Assembly (NCBI GenBank): GCA_001949185.1
Contig: BDGG01000017.1
Location: forward strand, 124,001-188,000
Source of the DNA: Ramazzottius varieornatus
Taxonomy: Eukaryota; Animalia; Tardigrada
DNA length: 64,000 nt
Reading direction: 5' to 3'
Shown: one piece after another, positions 50,047-63,018 of the stretch
How the letters are laid out: the number at the start of each line of letters is the position of its first letter
How positions within the stretch are numbered: position 1 is the stretch's first letter
Notes under the pieces: generated by a model
Database searches by the model: none
Seen by the model: only the letters and a program-made list of their open reading frames with translations
What the model was told of the DNA's origin: nothing
Translations under genes and position numbers: made by a program

Positions 50047-53000
50047 ATGGAAGACATACGACAAGCACGTCTTTCTTTTCGTCTCCCTCTCGACGTACCT
50101 CGATGTTCCATCTACTTCAGTCCATCTCCTCGGACGTTTGTCAAAGCCAGCGCCATCCCACCACCTCCTCCCAGCCTCCTCGTACTACTCCCTAGTCGTC
50201 AAGGCCAGCTCTTCCAGGCTACACTCTCCGCTCGCTCACTCCTACCCGTCCACACCAACGTCCAAGCCGTCTTATGGCTAACTTCCAGTCGATTCCTAAT
50301 CCTCGACAGACTCAGCCATGATCTCCTTCTGTACAGAGTAATCCGCGAAGCAGACACTCGCTTCGTTTGCACCTTCCACTTTGCCTTCTCTTCGTTCGTC
50401 ACTCTTTTATTCCAACATGGCTTGATGGTTAAACTGGAAGACGCTCTGGAACTTGTCAAGTTTCACTCGGGAAGTAGCTGCCTCGATATGGTAGTGCGAA
50501 GGGAGTATTTCGTCCAGTTGGCTGTCGATGAAAGAGGGAAGAGTATGCAGGTGTTGGCGTGTCTTCGATTAGGAGATGGGCTGACTAAGGGATCGTTTAA
50601 TGGACAAGATTTGACGTTGTTGTACCTTCCGGAGAAATTGACGGCTTGTGTCATGGCTGCTACGCAGTTCGGGTGTTTCATCAAGCTGCCTTTGAGGAAG
50701 ACTGGAATCTTCATGACGGGAAGAAAGTAAGTTAAGAAGCAACAGGTGGATAAAATTCGCATATACATCACCTACCTGCGCACACGCGGTTGTATCTATT
50801 CAATGGTGTGCCAGTATGTAGGATCCAGGTACAGGTGGAATCATCCATCTGCATACAGTTTATTGTAGCTTTACGATGAGGTACGAGTATGTAGGTTCGA
50901 AACACACCTGGAATCTTTCACCTGCATACTGGTCTGTCGTGTCATTACAATTTTATTACAATGCTATGCGAGTATGTAAGTTCGTTATCTCTTGCGTTTT
51001 TTGCAGGAAGGAAACGTCGATAGCGTTAGCAGGTTTGACACCGGACTGTCGATGGTTGATATTGCTAACGACCAAGCCATTAGCCATATGTAAAGTGGAC
51101 GTCCAGAGGGACGTCTTGAAGATGAACGAGAATCCAAGTAACGTCTTCCAGCATCTTCACATGAGTCGCCTTTACGATGCGCGACTGCGGTCATCCACCA
51201 CTAAGAGCTCACTTCGGAGACCTTCCAATGTCGGGACGAGCAGTAAGCCTAGGTACAACGCGGTGTGGGAGCAAGAAGCGGCGGATGTCGTCAGCAAGAA
51301 CAACGCCTTGCAAAACAGTTTCGAGTTCTTCCAGCCGGTGGACGAGGATGGCGAGAAGCGTGGAAAGGATGACGGAAGTTGGAACGAAGTCGTCGTGCCC
51401 GAAGAGTATGAGGAATTCCTTCCCAAGGTTTTACATTGTACCAACTCGGAGGTGTATGTAGTTGCGAGTCGGGATGGAGTGTCGCGACATTTACTTTTAG
51501 GTATGTGAAGTGTTGGTTTGTAAGTGTTCAGTACTATCATGCACCCAAAAATATGGGATCCATAAAACAGGCATACTTTGGTGTATGCAGGTTCGTGAAA
51601 TTCAGAACCATCATAATTATGCTTGCATAGTTGGGCATCACCAGATAAACGCACTGTAATGGGTGCAGGTTCGTGATATATCGATGTTTGGTACTCGAAA
51701 TATAACAGTTTTACTAGACTTTGATCTTCAAACTCAAAGCAGTTTATCTGACTTTGTTGTACAGGTGTGAAGAGGTTGTTGGGTGACGAAGAACCTTTCT
51801 GGATGGTCTTTGAGGAAGACTGCCACATCCACTTTCCTCTGACATCCTCCTACCCGGTGACCCTCGTCTACTTCTTTTCCGTCACCGTCATCGCCGCCAA
51901 CGAGCAACAAGGCTTCCAGCGCGAACTGGCACACGCAGCGGCGCCCGATCCTTGGCACGATCTGGAGGCGCTGGACATCATGGAGATGGTCCTTCAACAG
52001 CACTATCAACAACCTTCCAAGGACTACGTCGAGAAAGCCGTAGAGTACCTTCAAAGACGCTATCCGGACATAGAGGAGTTTAAGGAAGTTGACTATCCCG
52101 AGAAAGCGGCCTCTGCTATCGCTAGAAAGTACCTCACCAGTCGAAACTATACACAGGTAAGTTAGGAAAGGCCAATCGGAACGAAACGGCCGGCACTTCA
52201 AACACCTGCATACATCTTGTCGTACGTTGTGTATGAGAGAAAGTATGCAGGTGTGTGAGAGGTCCATATCGTATATTTCGCCCTTTTCTACGTTCGCTCC
52301 ACAGTAATTTAGGTTCCTGCATACACCTTACGTTTCACAATGTATGCTATAAGAGTATGCAAGTGAGTGAGAGGGCTGTATCGAATATTTCGACCCTTTT
52401 CCCACGTGTGTTTTGCTGTGAGTCACGTACCAGCATGCATTTGTAAGGTGTAGGTATATGCTTAAAGTGCATGCAGGTGGTTGAAACACTGTTACTGTCT
52501 TTTACCGGTCTTTCTTTTCAGGCTTCGCAAGTCCTTTATTGGGTCACCCAGCCCGTTCTTCCTTTACTCGAGCAAATTTACCTGGAGACCACCGACTCTC
52601 CGCTTCGCTTCTGGCTAAGAGCCTCTCTAACGCAACACCACGGCGAAAGCAGAGCTTTGAAAGAAATGGAACAGTCTTTCGAGTACCTAACCCTGCTAGA
52701 AGAGAGCATCGGGGAAGATGACAGGGCGAGTTGGAATTTGGTGCAGGTATCGGGGTGGTCCAACGAAGAGAAACGGCGGAAGCTGTTGACGGCTGCCTTG
52801 AAGAAGGGCAACGCTAACTTGGTGGATCGGTACTCCACTGAAGAAGAACTCTGGTTACATTTGGTAGAATCCGTCGAGGTAAATAATTGATGTGAAAAAC
52901 AGTCCATTAATACAATGGGAAACCGGATAACTCACAAGAAAAATGGGACGTCGGCAAATGGATTTGTCCAGATCGTTTTCCCAATCGGCGCATGCCCTCC

Positions 53001-56000
53001 GCCCGTAACAATGAGAAGATGCGCCATCTGATAGCGATCTGGGTGGAATTCTGGGCTTGCCGATATTCCAAATATTACAGCAGTGAAACGAAAATAATAC
53101 GGGTATAAGCTGAACAGAACTGATATACAATTTTTTTCGGACACTGATTTACATATTTTCTGCAACGGTTTTGCATTCTGATTTGCGTACTGATTTACAT
53201 ACTGATTTACAGATGAGTTTGAATATCTGCTACAGGTGGGCGTTACAGAAGGCCGACTTCTACGGTGGGTTTCTGGGACGGACCACGAAGACATTACACA
53301 TCGTCGCATACCTGAATCCTTCTGCGAGAAAGCCCTCACCGACTTCCACGACGTGGACTTACGAGACGCGGTGCTGAATGCCTTCGCTCGTCGAGCAGTG
53401 TACTCCCAGCACGAACTTCAGGACTGGCGAACCTTCCTCATACGAACCATGAAGGCATTCAAGGAGGCGCATCTCACGACCGCTCTGCAAAAACTTCCTC
53501 CGTCTTTGCGCACCCAGCTCGTCCGCTTCGCGTCGGAGTACCGTCTGACACCTGTTGTGCTAGAGCTGTTTAGGGATGATGAGGTTGATGCAGGGTTGAG
53601 AGAGAAGTATGGATGGCTGGGGTCGTTTCTGGAGTTAAGAGGTGCGGTGTTCGTGGATGGCAAACCCGATGGAGCGCTCGCTTCGTGGTGTAGAGAGTCT
53701 TTGGGCGATATTTACGGAGTGCCGAGTGGAGAAGCCATTGTAGTAGAGCTGATGGAGAAAGGGGACAGTGTGAATGTGTGGGACCTTCTTGGCGCCATCA
53801 TTCTGTTTCAGGTCGGCAAAATAACACATAGCATTATACATACCAACTCCACAAGAGTGTTTTCGCAAGTGACGCACGCTTCCAGAATTATTAGCTGACC
53901 GTGTTCGCCACTTGGTAAACCTCAACAAGACTGTTTCCTCAGGTGGCGCACGTTTTCAGTGTTGTGGGCTGGAAGTGTGCGGTTGTTTAGTTGTTTACCG
54001 CGCTCCCTAATAACAAAGGAGCGATCGTTCGTTAACGTGCTAATTCGCTCTAACTATTGTTTCGTACTTTAGAAGCAATGGCCTGCGGAGAGACTGGAGA
54101 CTGGCTCCGAGGTGCCAAAAGCTTTGTTAAATCTCCAGAAGCACCTTCAGCGATTCCCCCCTTTCTACCAAGCCCTCTTTCCCACAGACTCCTCCAACGA
54201 CCGAAAGACCCAGAATCGAGTATCCATTTATAGTGCATTGCAGAAGACTACGAGCTGTCACTACGAGGTGAACAAACTCTTTGGCTGGCAGTCCAATCAA
54301 ACACTCAACACGCTGTATCGTCTGCCGGAAATTCCGACCTTCTCTGGTCAGGCTTTGCAAAAAAGGCATGGCTACAAGAAAGAAGCGGATTTTGTCTACT
54401 ATTTGAAGAACGCCCGGCCGGCTTTTGCCTACTGGTCCTTCGTGAGTCACTTGACAGCAAATTCCGGGTGAGTTTTTCGACCCGGTTCAAATCGCATGAA
54501 TTGCGCGCTTGGCCATATTGTCTGGACCAAGTCTAATATCACCTGGTGTTTTGCTTGCAGTGTCGGAAACCAGAAGGAGGAAGTAGTCGCCGCCAGGGAC
54601 ATGGCCTTCTACCTAACCATGGCGTTCATTACCCATGAAGCTGTGACGAAAGCCTGTGTTGCATTCGCTGAAATGCTGGGAAGCGAGAGCTTGCCTTTGA
54701 GGATATTGCTCCAAATGGCGCACCACATGAAAACCTCCCAGGTAAGTAAGCATTCTGGTAATAACACCTAAGGCTTTGGGAGGCCGATGAACGAAGCGTA
54801 CACAACCGTTATCCTAAGTGGCGCACGTTTCCAACCAATGACAGTGAAATCGTGCGCCACTTGAGAGAACAATCTTGTGGAAAGGTTCCAGAGGGCGCAC
54901 ACTTTCAGCCTTTATCACTGGACAGATGCGTCACTTGGGACAGCAATGTTGTAAGGTCCGTACGCCGGTCTCCCATTTCACTCGGAAAATTAGTAGTATG
55001 TGATGTTTTAGAAAACCTTGTATGGAGAGGCTTCAACGCAGAGCGCTTTCATGGAGCTGTTCAAATACGGCGGGGAGGTGGCCGGAAGTTTCCTGCAAGC
55101 TTGGCTCCAGCGTTTGAGCGAAGGGCCGGTTCGAGGTTGGGAGGAAATGCTGAGACAGCGGTTGTTAGTCCATCAGTTCATCCAACTCTTTAGCTTGAAG
55201 TTCGATCTGAACGACATCGTACTGAACGAAGGTCCCAGAAAGAATGACTGGTTGTCCTTCCTCCTTCTCTGCGACCTGTTTCAGTACCCTGTCAGCCAAG
55301 TGACCGCCGTCCTACCACAGGTCTTCTCGCACCCTCACTTACAGCATAACCTGCGGTGTATTCTGCAGATAGTGAAGAATGCGAAGCATGTGGGTGGGTT
55401 ATCTGACGGAGGTCCAGGTGAGGCGAACAAGGAACAGAGGAATGTGCGGAGTAGTTTGTACCAGAGGATTGGTATGAAGGCAGCTGCGGCCATGGCGGCC
55501 TGGGATAGAACGACCAGCAGCGCTAGCGAAGATGAACGAGCTGGGGCGGTGAAAAAAAGGGATCGAAACATGATGGAGGCACCACCGACGTCGATGATAG
55601 CCGCGCTGTCCAACTCTCTTCACAGGTACGTGTCAGAGTAGGTACATGACGCACCTGCATACACGACCTCGTACGTTGTGAGTGTGTGAGGGTACGTAGG
55701 TCCACAACTTCGGCAGCAATATTCTTACCGAGTTATATCAGGGACCTGCATACATTCATCCAGGTAAGTCGTCCGTGTGTGGGTATGCAGGTGCGCAACT
55801 CGAGCAGCATTGTTTGCCTCAGGAATAACTATGTCAGGCGCCTGCATACATACATCTGCATAATTGGAACGCATGTGGGTATGCAGGTGCGCGATTCGGC
55901 TGGTGTTCTTCCCGCTTTTTGTGCTGATGGTTTCGTACGATGTTCGTTAATTCGTTGCAGGTCGTTGTTGTCTTGGAAAACCCTTCTGAACATCTCTACG

Positions 56001-59000
56001 GCACTCTCGTCTCCTGTTTACGCCATGATGGCGGCCAGCGAGCCGGGTGCGCACCACGTCAGTGTTCTAGCCGTTCTCCTGTACACCAGTCTCTCACTGG
56101 ATAAGCGGCGTCGGTTCCAGCTGTCGGCTCGGCTGCCACCTCCTTACGAAATGGCTGACTTTCACTGGACGCTACATCAGCACGTTGAACCTCTAGGTAT
56201 GATTTCTGAAATTTCCTGTCATTCCTTGGTGGCGGTTATGGAGGACAAATTGAGTATTTCCATATGAGAATGCGTCCGAAGTATTTTCGCTCGGAACTGG
56301 CCTTTTATGACATCAAGTTGTTCGGAATATTGAACCGCACCATAGGTTCATTTTGCCGCACTTTGCCACGGTAATGAAACCAGCACGAGTGGCTGAAAGA
56401 TTTGAGCTACTAAATTAAAAACCACAGGGGTGTAAAGGGCCAATCTCGTCGTTAGCAACGCACTGCAGCCAGAGACGCGCACCAGCGGCCCCCGTCCGGT
56501 GCACGTTGTCTGACTGTAGCTAGTGATTGGTTAGCTGACTGAACACAGCTGCGCACATCGTATTTGATCGTTGCGCGTGCCGACTCATGCACCACACAGT
56601 TTTTAGCCACTTCCAGGTTTGTGCTTGTAACTTTGTGATCTGTGGTTAGAACCTGATTCCGACTTCAGAATTGTGCTCCTCGGGGCCTGTTTGATGTAGA
56701 TACGAGTCTCGTTACAGTTTGCCACCAGGGTCCAGAAATGTTAAAACGTTCTGAACAATTTGGTCAGAAACGCTTTGGACGCATTCTCATATGGAGATAT
56801 CCAAATACAGGGCCTGGGCTGGATCTGTAGTCCGTACCTGGATTGCATATTTTACGAAACTAAAGATGCAAGATATAACGGCTGAACTTCCAGTTCACGT
56901 CATCTAAAATGGTACAAGTTTAAGTAGCGAATTGGGGAAGAACGTAGAGCATGTTCGGTGTTCGTGGTGTCTAGTCCCAGTCCAAAGGGGCGTGGAACAT
57001 TCCTTCGTCCTTCCCAAAGTCTTTCGGGAAGTCGTGGGGTGCTCTGGGAAGTTTCTGTCTAGGTATCGTTTTCAACCAAAAAAGAAGCCCTCGATATCAT
57101 AGGCCATCCTTCATTCTCAGGTCTTCTGTTCGTTCCTGACGAACTTCCGCGACTCACGATCGCGTTCCGTCTGGTCGCACCATACACCGTCATCCACCAT
57201 CTCGTAACTCTAGCCAGCGAAGTTCACCATCGTGCCGACACTTCCACCATCACCGGGAGCCTTCGCAAGGTTCTTGCCATGGTGAAGACTCGCTTGAGAT
57301 CCAGCCCAAGCAAAGACGACAACGATTCGTCGAATGAAAGTATGGCAGAGGGGGAAGCCAGCCTGGAGAGTGCCCAGTGGGGAACTTCGTACGGACTGCG
57401 GGTCCTGGCTTTGATGATGAGTGTGTTGAAGAAGAGGAATGCAAGACAGTGGCGTCAAGCCTTGCTGCTGATCAAGGAAAGTGGGCTGTTAAGGTTCGTG
57501 AAGGGAGAGGAAGAAGGAGAAAGAGGTGGTGGGAAGGAAGGAGTGGTGAGGTGTATGATGATGGACATGGTGGAAATGTCACCCTCCTCGTCGCAGTCCG
57601 ACGTTTCCCGGTAATTACCAAATAACAAAAGAATAGGGAATGATGATTGGAACGTAGGCAAACAAAGTCGACAAGATTGTTTTTCCAACTCGCGTACTAT
57701 TACAGCCTGTTACACTGGAAACGTGCGCCACTTGAGGAAAAAAACTCGGCCAGATTGGCTTTTGCAAGTGGCGCGCGCGCTTTCAGCCAATAACAGTGGA
57801 AAAGTGCGCCATTTGAGAAAATAATCTTGTCGAGGCTGTTTACCGAGCTGCCAGCTACAAACATTATATGGAGAAAAGGTTTTTTGGACGTAGAGAAAGT
57901 ACTTGCATGAATAAGTTCCAGTAGAAGTCACAAACTCGAAATTTTTCCTAGGTTGGATGAGCTGAAATCCCTCCTGCAAGATTTCCAACGCTCTCCCCTG
58001 TGGCAGTCTCCAGCCTTTCGCATGGAAGTCTGGCAGTCCATTTCGAGACGTATCCACATCGAGCTTCGTCAAGAGCAGTCCGTAAGCCAGGTGGTTAAGC
58101 TTCTGGATGGAGCTCTCGAGTTCGCCACGTCGCAGTCGACACTCCTTGAACAGTGTCTCCTCACGCACATCCTGTGCAAGCTGGACGACTCGGACACTCG
58201 CTTCTACCAAGCATGGCTTCGAAAACTAGCTTACGGCAAGAGTCAGAGCGAACTGGGTCATCCTGTGAAGCAATGGATGGAAGAACTGAGCGTTGATGAG
58301 AAGCAAGAGAAGTCGCCGACTAACATACAAACAGAATTACTTCAGCTAATTTCCACACAGCCAGTAGAGAACACGAGCCCCGCAGAGACCTCTACAGACG
58401 TCGGGGCTAATCTCTTAGAGGACACAGTTTCGGAGCTATTGAAGCAAGGCAAACTGACTTTTGCTCTGCGCCTTTCCCGAGTCTTTGGTCATCACAGCTC
58501 CGACATAGACTTGCTGTGTTGGGGCTTAACGGTGGCCTTACAAGACCGGCTACCGGAGGGCTCTTCCAATACCTGGCCGCTGGTCCTTCGCCATGTCGAA
58601 AACAAGGAAGTTAAAAGAAGCCAAAGTATGACAGAGCCAAGGACTACGTTAGTTGACTTGCGACGGGCTAGCTCAGTGCGAAGTGAAGAAGATGGTCCGG
58701 TCATGCAATGCTTGAAGAAGGCAGTGTCCGTTGCACAAGCAGCTCGATCGGCCATGGAGGCCGTTCTGGACTTTTACAGCCTCTCCAAATTACTCTCGGT
58801 ATGTCGACTATAAGCGGTTATTCTAGAAGAAATCATTGGTAGTATCTCTTCAAGAAACGGGAGCTCGGTAGAAAAAATCGGCAAGGTGGTCCTTTCAAGT
58901 GGCGCATGCGTTTAGCCAATAAGACTGAAAGCGTGCGCCACCTGGAAAGACCGTCCTGTTGAAGTGGCGCACCGTGTGACGTTATTGGCCGTAAGCGTTA

Positions 59001-60774
59001 CGCCACTTGGGAACAAACGACAAGACTATTTTCCCAGTATCATTAGTTGAAAGCGTGCGCCACTGGAAAAACCCATCTTGTTGAGTTGTTTTTTCCGGTC
59101 TTTCATATACGTTTTTGTCTGTCAGGTTCCCTTTGATAACGTCCTGCGGTTCGACGCCCTGCAAATAGTCGACGGGCTCCTCTCCCGTCCCAACATCCTC
59201 CAGTCGCCCGACAACCTTTCCCTAGCCCGCCGGTGTCTTTCGATCGCCGCTCAGCATAATGCCACGTTCAGTCTCTCTGCCATCATCGGCCAGCACATCG
59301 TCAGCACAGCCCGAAAACTTGTCACCGAGCGTTCGAGCGACGTTACGAAATCTACAGCCTCGACTCTAGCCGACACTCTTCGACCATACTGGTCCTTGGC
59401 ACTCGACCAGTCCTCCTTAGTCATCAACCTCCTGGACACGGTCCATCGGGCTATCTCTAGTCAAAACAACCCCGAAGTCTTCAGCAGTGTTGAAATACTC
59501 ATAATAGCCAATCAGATCATCAACGAAACGTCGCATAAACCAGACATGACCATGTCAGGCCACACTCGAGTCACCACAGTCCCACAGTTGATAGGCCGTC
59601 TACTCGAAGTGGCCAAAAGCGTCAGCAAGTCCATCGCTTCCACTGGTCAGTTTCCCCTGCTGATCCGCCTTCTTCAGGGTGTCGGTCGGTACAGCGACAT
59701 GACGTTTATATTCCACCAAATCAAGCAAGCTTGCCAGATGGAGTTGCTCTTCAGTCGGCACGTCGAGAAGGAGGTCAAGCTCAAGACGGCAATCCTCAGC
59801 TACCTCCAGCGCTACCAGCCCGACGACCAAGAAGCCTTCGAGATGCTGGCCGCGGCCTACTCCATGCACCGTGACATTGCCGAAATGTACTGGGGGACCG
59901 CGCAGGACAAGCTGGCGCTCTTCAAGCATCGACCCATTACTGAGACGAAGGAGACACAGACGGAACTGAGGGCCATCATTCAGTACATGATGGACGCACT
60001 GTCTGCTTTTACCAGGGCGCATTGTCATGCCAGGGCGGAGCAAGTGCTGATGCAGGCCAGACTGGTGGCCTTGCAGATTGTCTCCCTTCCGGCCGGACTG
60101 AGACTACTGTCGTTGAATAACCCCTCCGGTTTCGTCTCAAGTCACCCGTCCTTCGCCGAAGCTCTTATCTACGCACAGGTACAATGCTAGGAGCTTTTTT
60201 ACGATTGCTTCTTGCACCTGCATACAGGGACCCACGCATCAGTGTGGTGTGCGTTGTCAGCAGGTGCATGACGCTTTTGCGAACGTCTGAAGTTTAATGT
60301 GACGGCAAAGTTCCAACATTTCATGCACCTGCACACTACCGTGCTACAGTGAATTTCGGGACTTTGGGCATGCAGGTTGATGAAGGCTGTGGTTTTCGGC
60401 AGTTTGACTTTCCACAATAGGCTTTTCTTCCGTGTCATGGTGATTTGCGATGTTTTCAGGCCTATGGTATTGGGGATGAATGGGCGGATGCACTGCACAA
60501 CAACTACGTCGTCAACAGTGATATTGTCTACCTGCAGGATTTTATGGTCAAGTTCGAAGTGACGGCAGCGTTGATCAGCAAAGTGGCCAGTCGATACAAG
60601 ATGGACACGACCAAACCGCCCACTGCCGCCATTTACATGAAGAAACTCCTGCGCCTTGTCAAAGACATCCCGGTGGCCTATCAGCTGGCCAGCGATTTGG
60701 GTCTTCATGATTTGTCGATGGAACTGATTCAGATAGATAACGGCTCCTACCTTCGCGATGTTGTCGAGATATGA
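50047..60774 (+). CDS. SPG11: Spatacsin
   Basis: 13 exons (50047-50726, 51007-51500, 51765-52156, 52522-52878, 53236-53811, 54073-54467, 54561-54741, 55012-55625, 55961-56196, 57121-57610, 57952-58798, 59126-60178, 60460-60774). LFGWQSNQTL..YYLKNARPAFAY; NDWLSFLLLCDLFQYP; C-terminal LLIRLLQGVGRYSDMTFIF..QMELLF and QARLVALQI..FAEALIYAQAY..YQLASDLG..YLRD. Confidence 0.93.
55645..55895. repeat. Family B palindromic array (three units) in SPG11 intron
   Basis: Three tandem units of (c)acctgcatac-N25-30-gtatgcaggtg. Confidence 0.8.
56257..56797. mobile_element. TA-flanked MITE in SPG11 intron
   Basis: TA|tttccatatgagaatgcgtccgaag ... ctttggacgcattctcatatggaga|TA. Confidence 0.8.
58859..59100. 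repeat. Family A palindromic element (three units) in SPG11 intron
   Basis: gggagctcggtag..aagtggcgcat..gtgcgccacctg..aagtggcgcac..acgccacttggg..gtgcgccactgg..gagttgttttttccg. Confidence 0.85.
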
Positions 60775-63018
60775 AAGTCCTCTTGTGCTCTTTCTCGAGG
60801 GTATAGGCGGTAGTTTTCTGCAGGTGATTTTATCCGTTAGTCTTTTATTCTTTCACGTTTCACTCACAGTGGTGTACATAGTGACCGGATCATCAGACCA
60901 GAATCTGTTCCATATACAGTCTGATTCAGCCAAGTTGACCCTGTTTCCTAGAACAGTTCTCACTACTCGAAAACTTTTCAGACAAGGTCAGCATTGTTTT
61001 TCAACGATAGTACATTCAATTTGATACCGAAGAAGCTTATTCTCAATCCTGAAAACCGCTTTTGAAAATCTTGCTTGGGCCAGAACGAAGCCTTGGTAGG
61101 CTAAAAAAGTGGTCGAACCCTAAACGGACGCCCGGCTTCCCTGTAGCAAAAAATGAATCGAAAATTTCTCCTCCACAATTCATATGAATGACTGGGTATC
61201 AAAAGATTGATAAAACATTGCTCTGTCTAACAATATATAACTACCAGAGCTCTGAGAAATCGTTTTAGGGACGTATCATTGAGAAAGTTGCACTGGCCTG
61301 GACACTTCTGGGAAGATTTTTCGGGCGGCGTTTCTCAAGACAAAACAAGTTTCATCAAGTAATCTTCATGTTGAAAAAATGGCCAAACTTTTACACTATC
61401 TGTTTCCTACAAGCGTTGCTGGAAAATTGACGAACTAAAAAATATGGTCGATTTCAAATTTCGATCACTGCACAGCGCGAAGACTGCTTTTATGCGTTCT
61501 TACACTTGACAAATTCCTCCACAACCCCGAGGCATCAGAACTGCTCAACTCTAAGGGATCAGATACTACAAACACGGGTCTATCCTTGACGAAAAAAGTA
61601 CGCTTCTTTGTCAACAAGAAGGCTCGCGTTGGCGCTTTTTCGAAAGGAGAAGAAATACCGGGAAAACAAAAATCTGCAGTTTTGGGCCAGTTCTTCCCGC
61701 GACGTTGATTCAATATTTTTCTTTTTGACTTACCCAAATAAAACAACCTCTTGTAAACATTTATTAATAGTACAGAAGTTGGTAGAACTACAGTTTCAGT
61801 GTGTCCGCCCCGGTTTATAACGAGTGTTTTGGACCCTCTTGTGGATTTACTTTGGAATTTGTTTTCAAAGCCAGATTTCACTCAATCGGTTTTCAAGTTA
61901 GATTAAAACATTAGCAACAGTTAGCCAAATTTGTGAGAAAAACAAATCAGCTGAATCAAAGAAACCGAAATTTTCCAAGGAAAGAAAACGGCCATGGGGT
62001 CAACTTGGCTTAATCAGACTGTATATTAGTGCAAGATGGCCAAAGCTCCTTTCAGCAAAGCCAACTGGTCTTTCACGTTGGGCATTTCCAACGGACGGTC
62101 GACTCAAAATGAGCGTGGTACTGCTAGTAGTACATATACGAACGAAGAGAAAGTTTGGAACAGTAAAAAGTTTGGAACAGGCGATTCCGAAACAGCGGAA
62201 CGAAAGTTCGTACGTACCTGTGCCCAAAGCCATTCTAGCCTGAGCGATCCTGTCTGTTCTCTCTTCTGCAGCTCACTGCCGGCTTCCCCAACTCACTTAG
62301 TTGAGGCGAACTAGTGTCAGGGCCTGTTCCCCTGCTGCTGTAGAATGGCCTTGCTGTGCGATTCACATCAATGCACTCTTGACAATTTGCTACGGTTGTC
62401 TTCAATTTGCCGTCTTTTTCGCCTGTTCGAGACTTTCCCTTTGTGCGTGTGATGGCCTTCCACTCCTCGACCAGCTACCACCACGACTCCCTCGCCGTGG
62501 TGCCTGACCACCGTGCTACCCTGGACTCCGTCCCGACCTAGCACCATAACGACTACCACCACGTGTACCAGCGGCAGCAGAACTAGCCCCACTGTTCAGA
62601 CCGTGACCACTACCGAAAGTCCCCCGTCATAACAGATACCACAACCACCACGTACACCTACAGCCCAGATGACTGCCTCAAACTCGAGAAGAACAAGAAC
62701 GGTCTTTACACTGACAACAGGCGGATTCGAAGGGGCGCGGGTCATCATACTTCACCTGTTTTGATCTTCACCCGTTTGAACACCTTGGTTTGATCTCGCA
62801 GAACCGCCAGAACGAAAAGCTGGGGTCCCTTCGAGTTTCTCTGAGGAGTAAATTGACTACGTAAAAGTCCAGAGATTGACGACCAGGAATATACTGCAGT
62901 CGGTCCCAGGCCTTCTCAATGTATGGCAGACTTGCGTTGATCTCTCCGCGCTCTAGGTGGAACACGTTAATGCGGGACAGCGCGTCGAATATATATACTT
63001 GTCCAAATGTTTCCTGTA

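Noticed and set aside
1237-59100. Palindromic repeat-spacer units as a CRISPR array or REP-like prokaryotic system
   Set aside because: Spacers are homologous to each other, units are dispersed in spliceosomal introns, there are no cas genes and the DNA is eukaryotic.
1179-60459. Families A/B as introner elements that create whole introns
   Set aside because: The repeats sit inside introns with unrelated sequence between them and the splice sites; intron ends are not shared.
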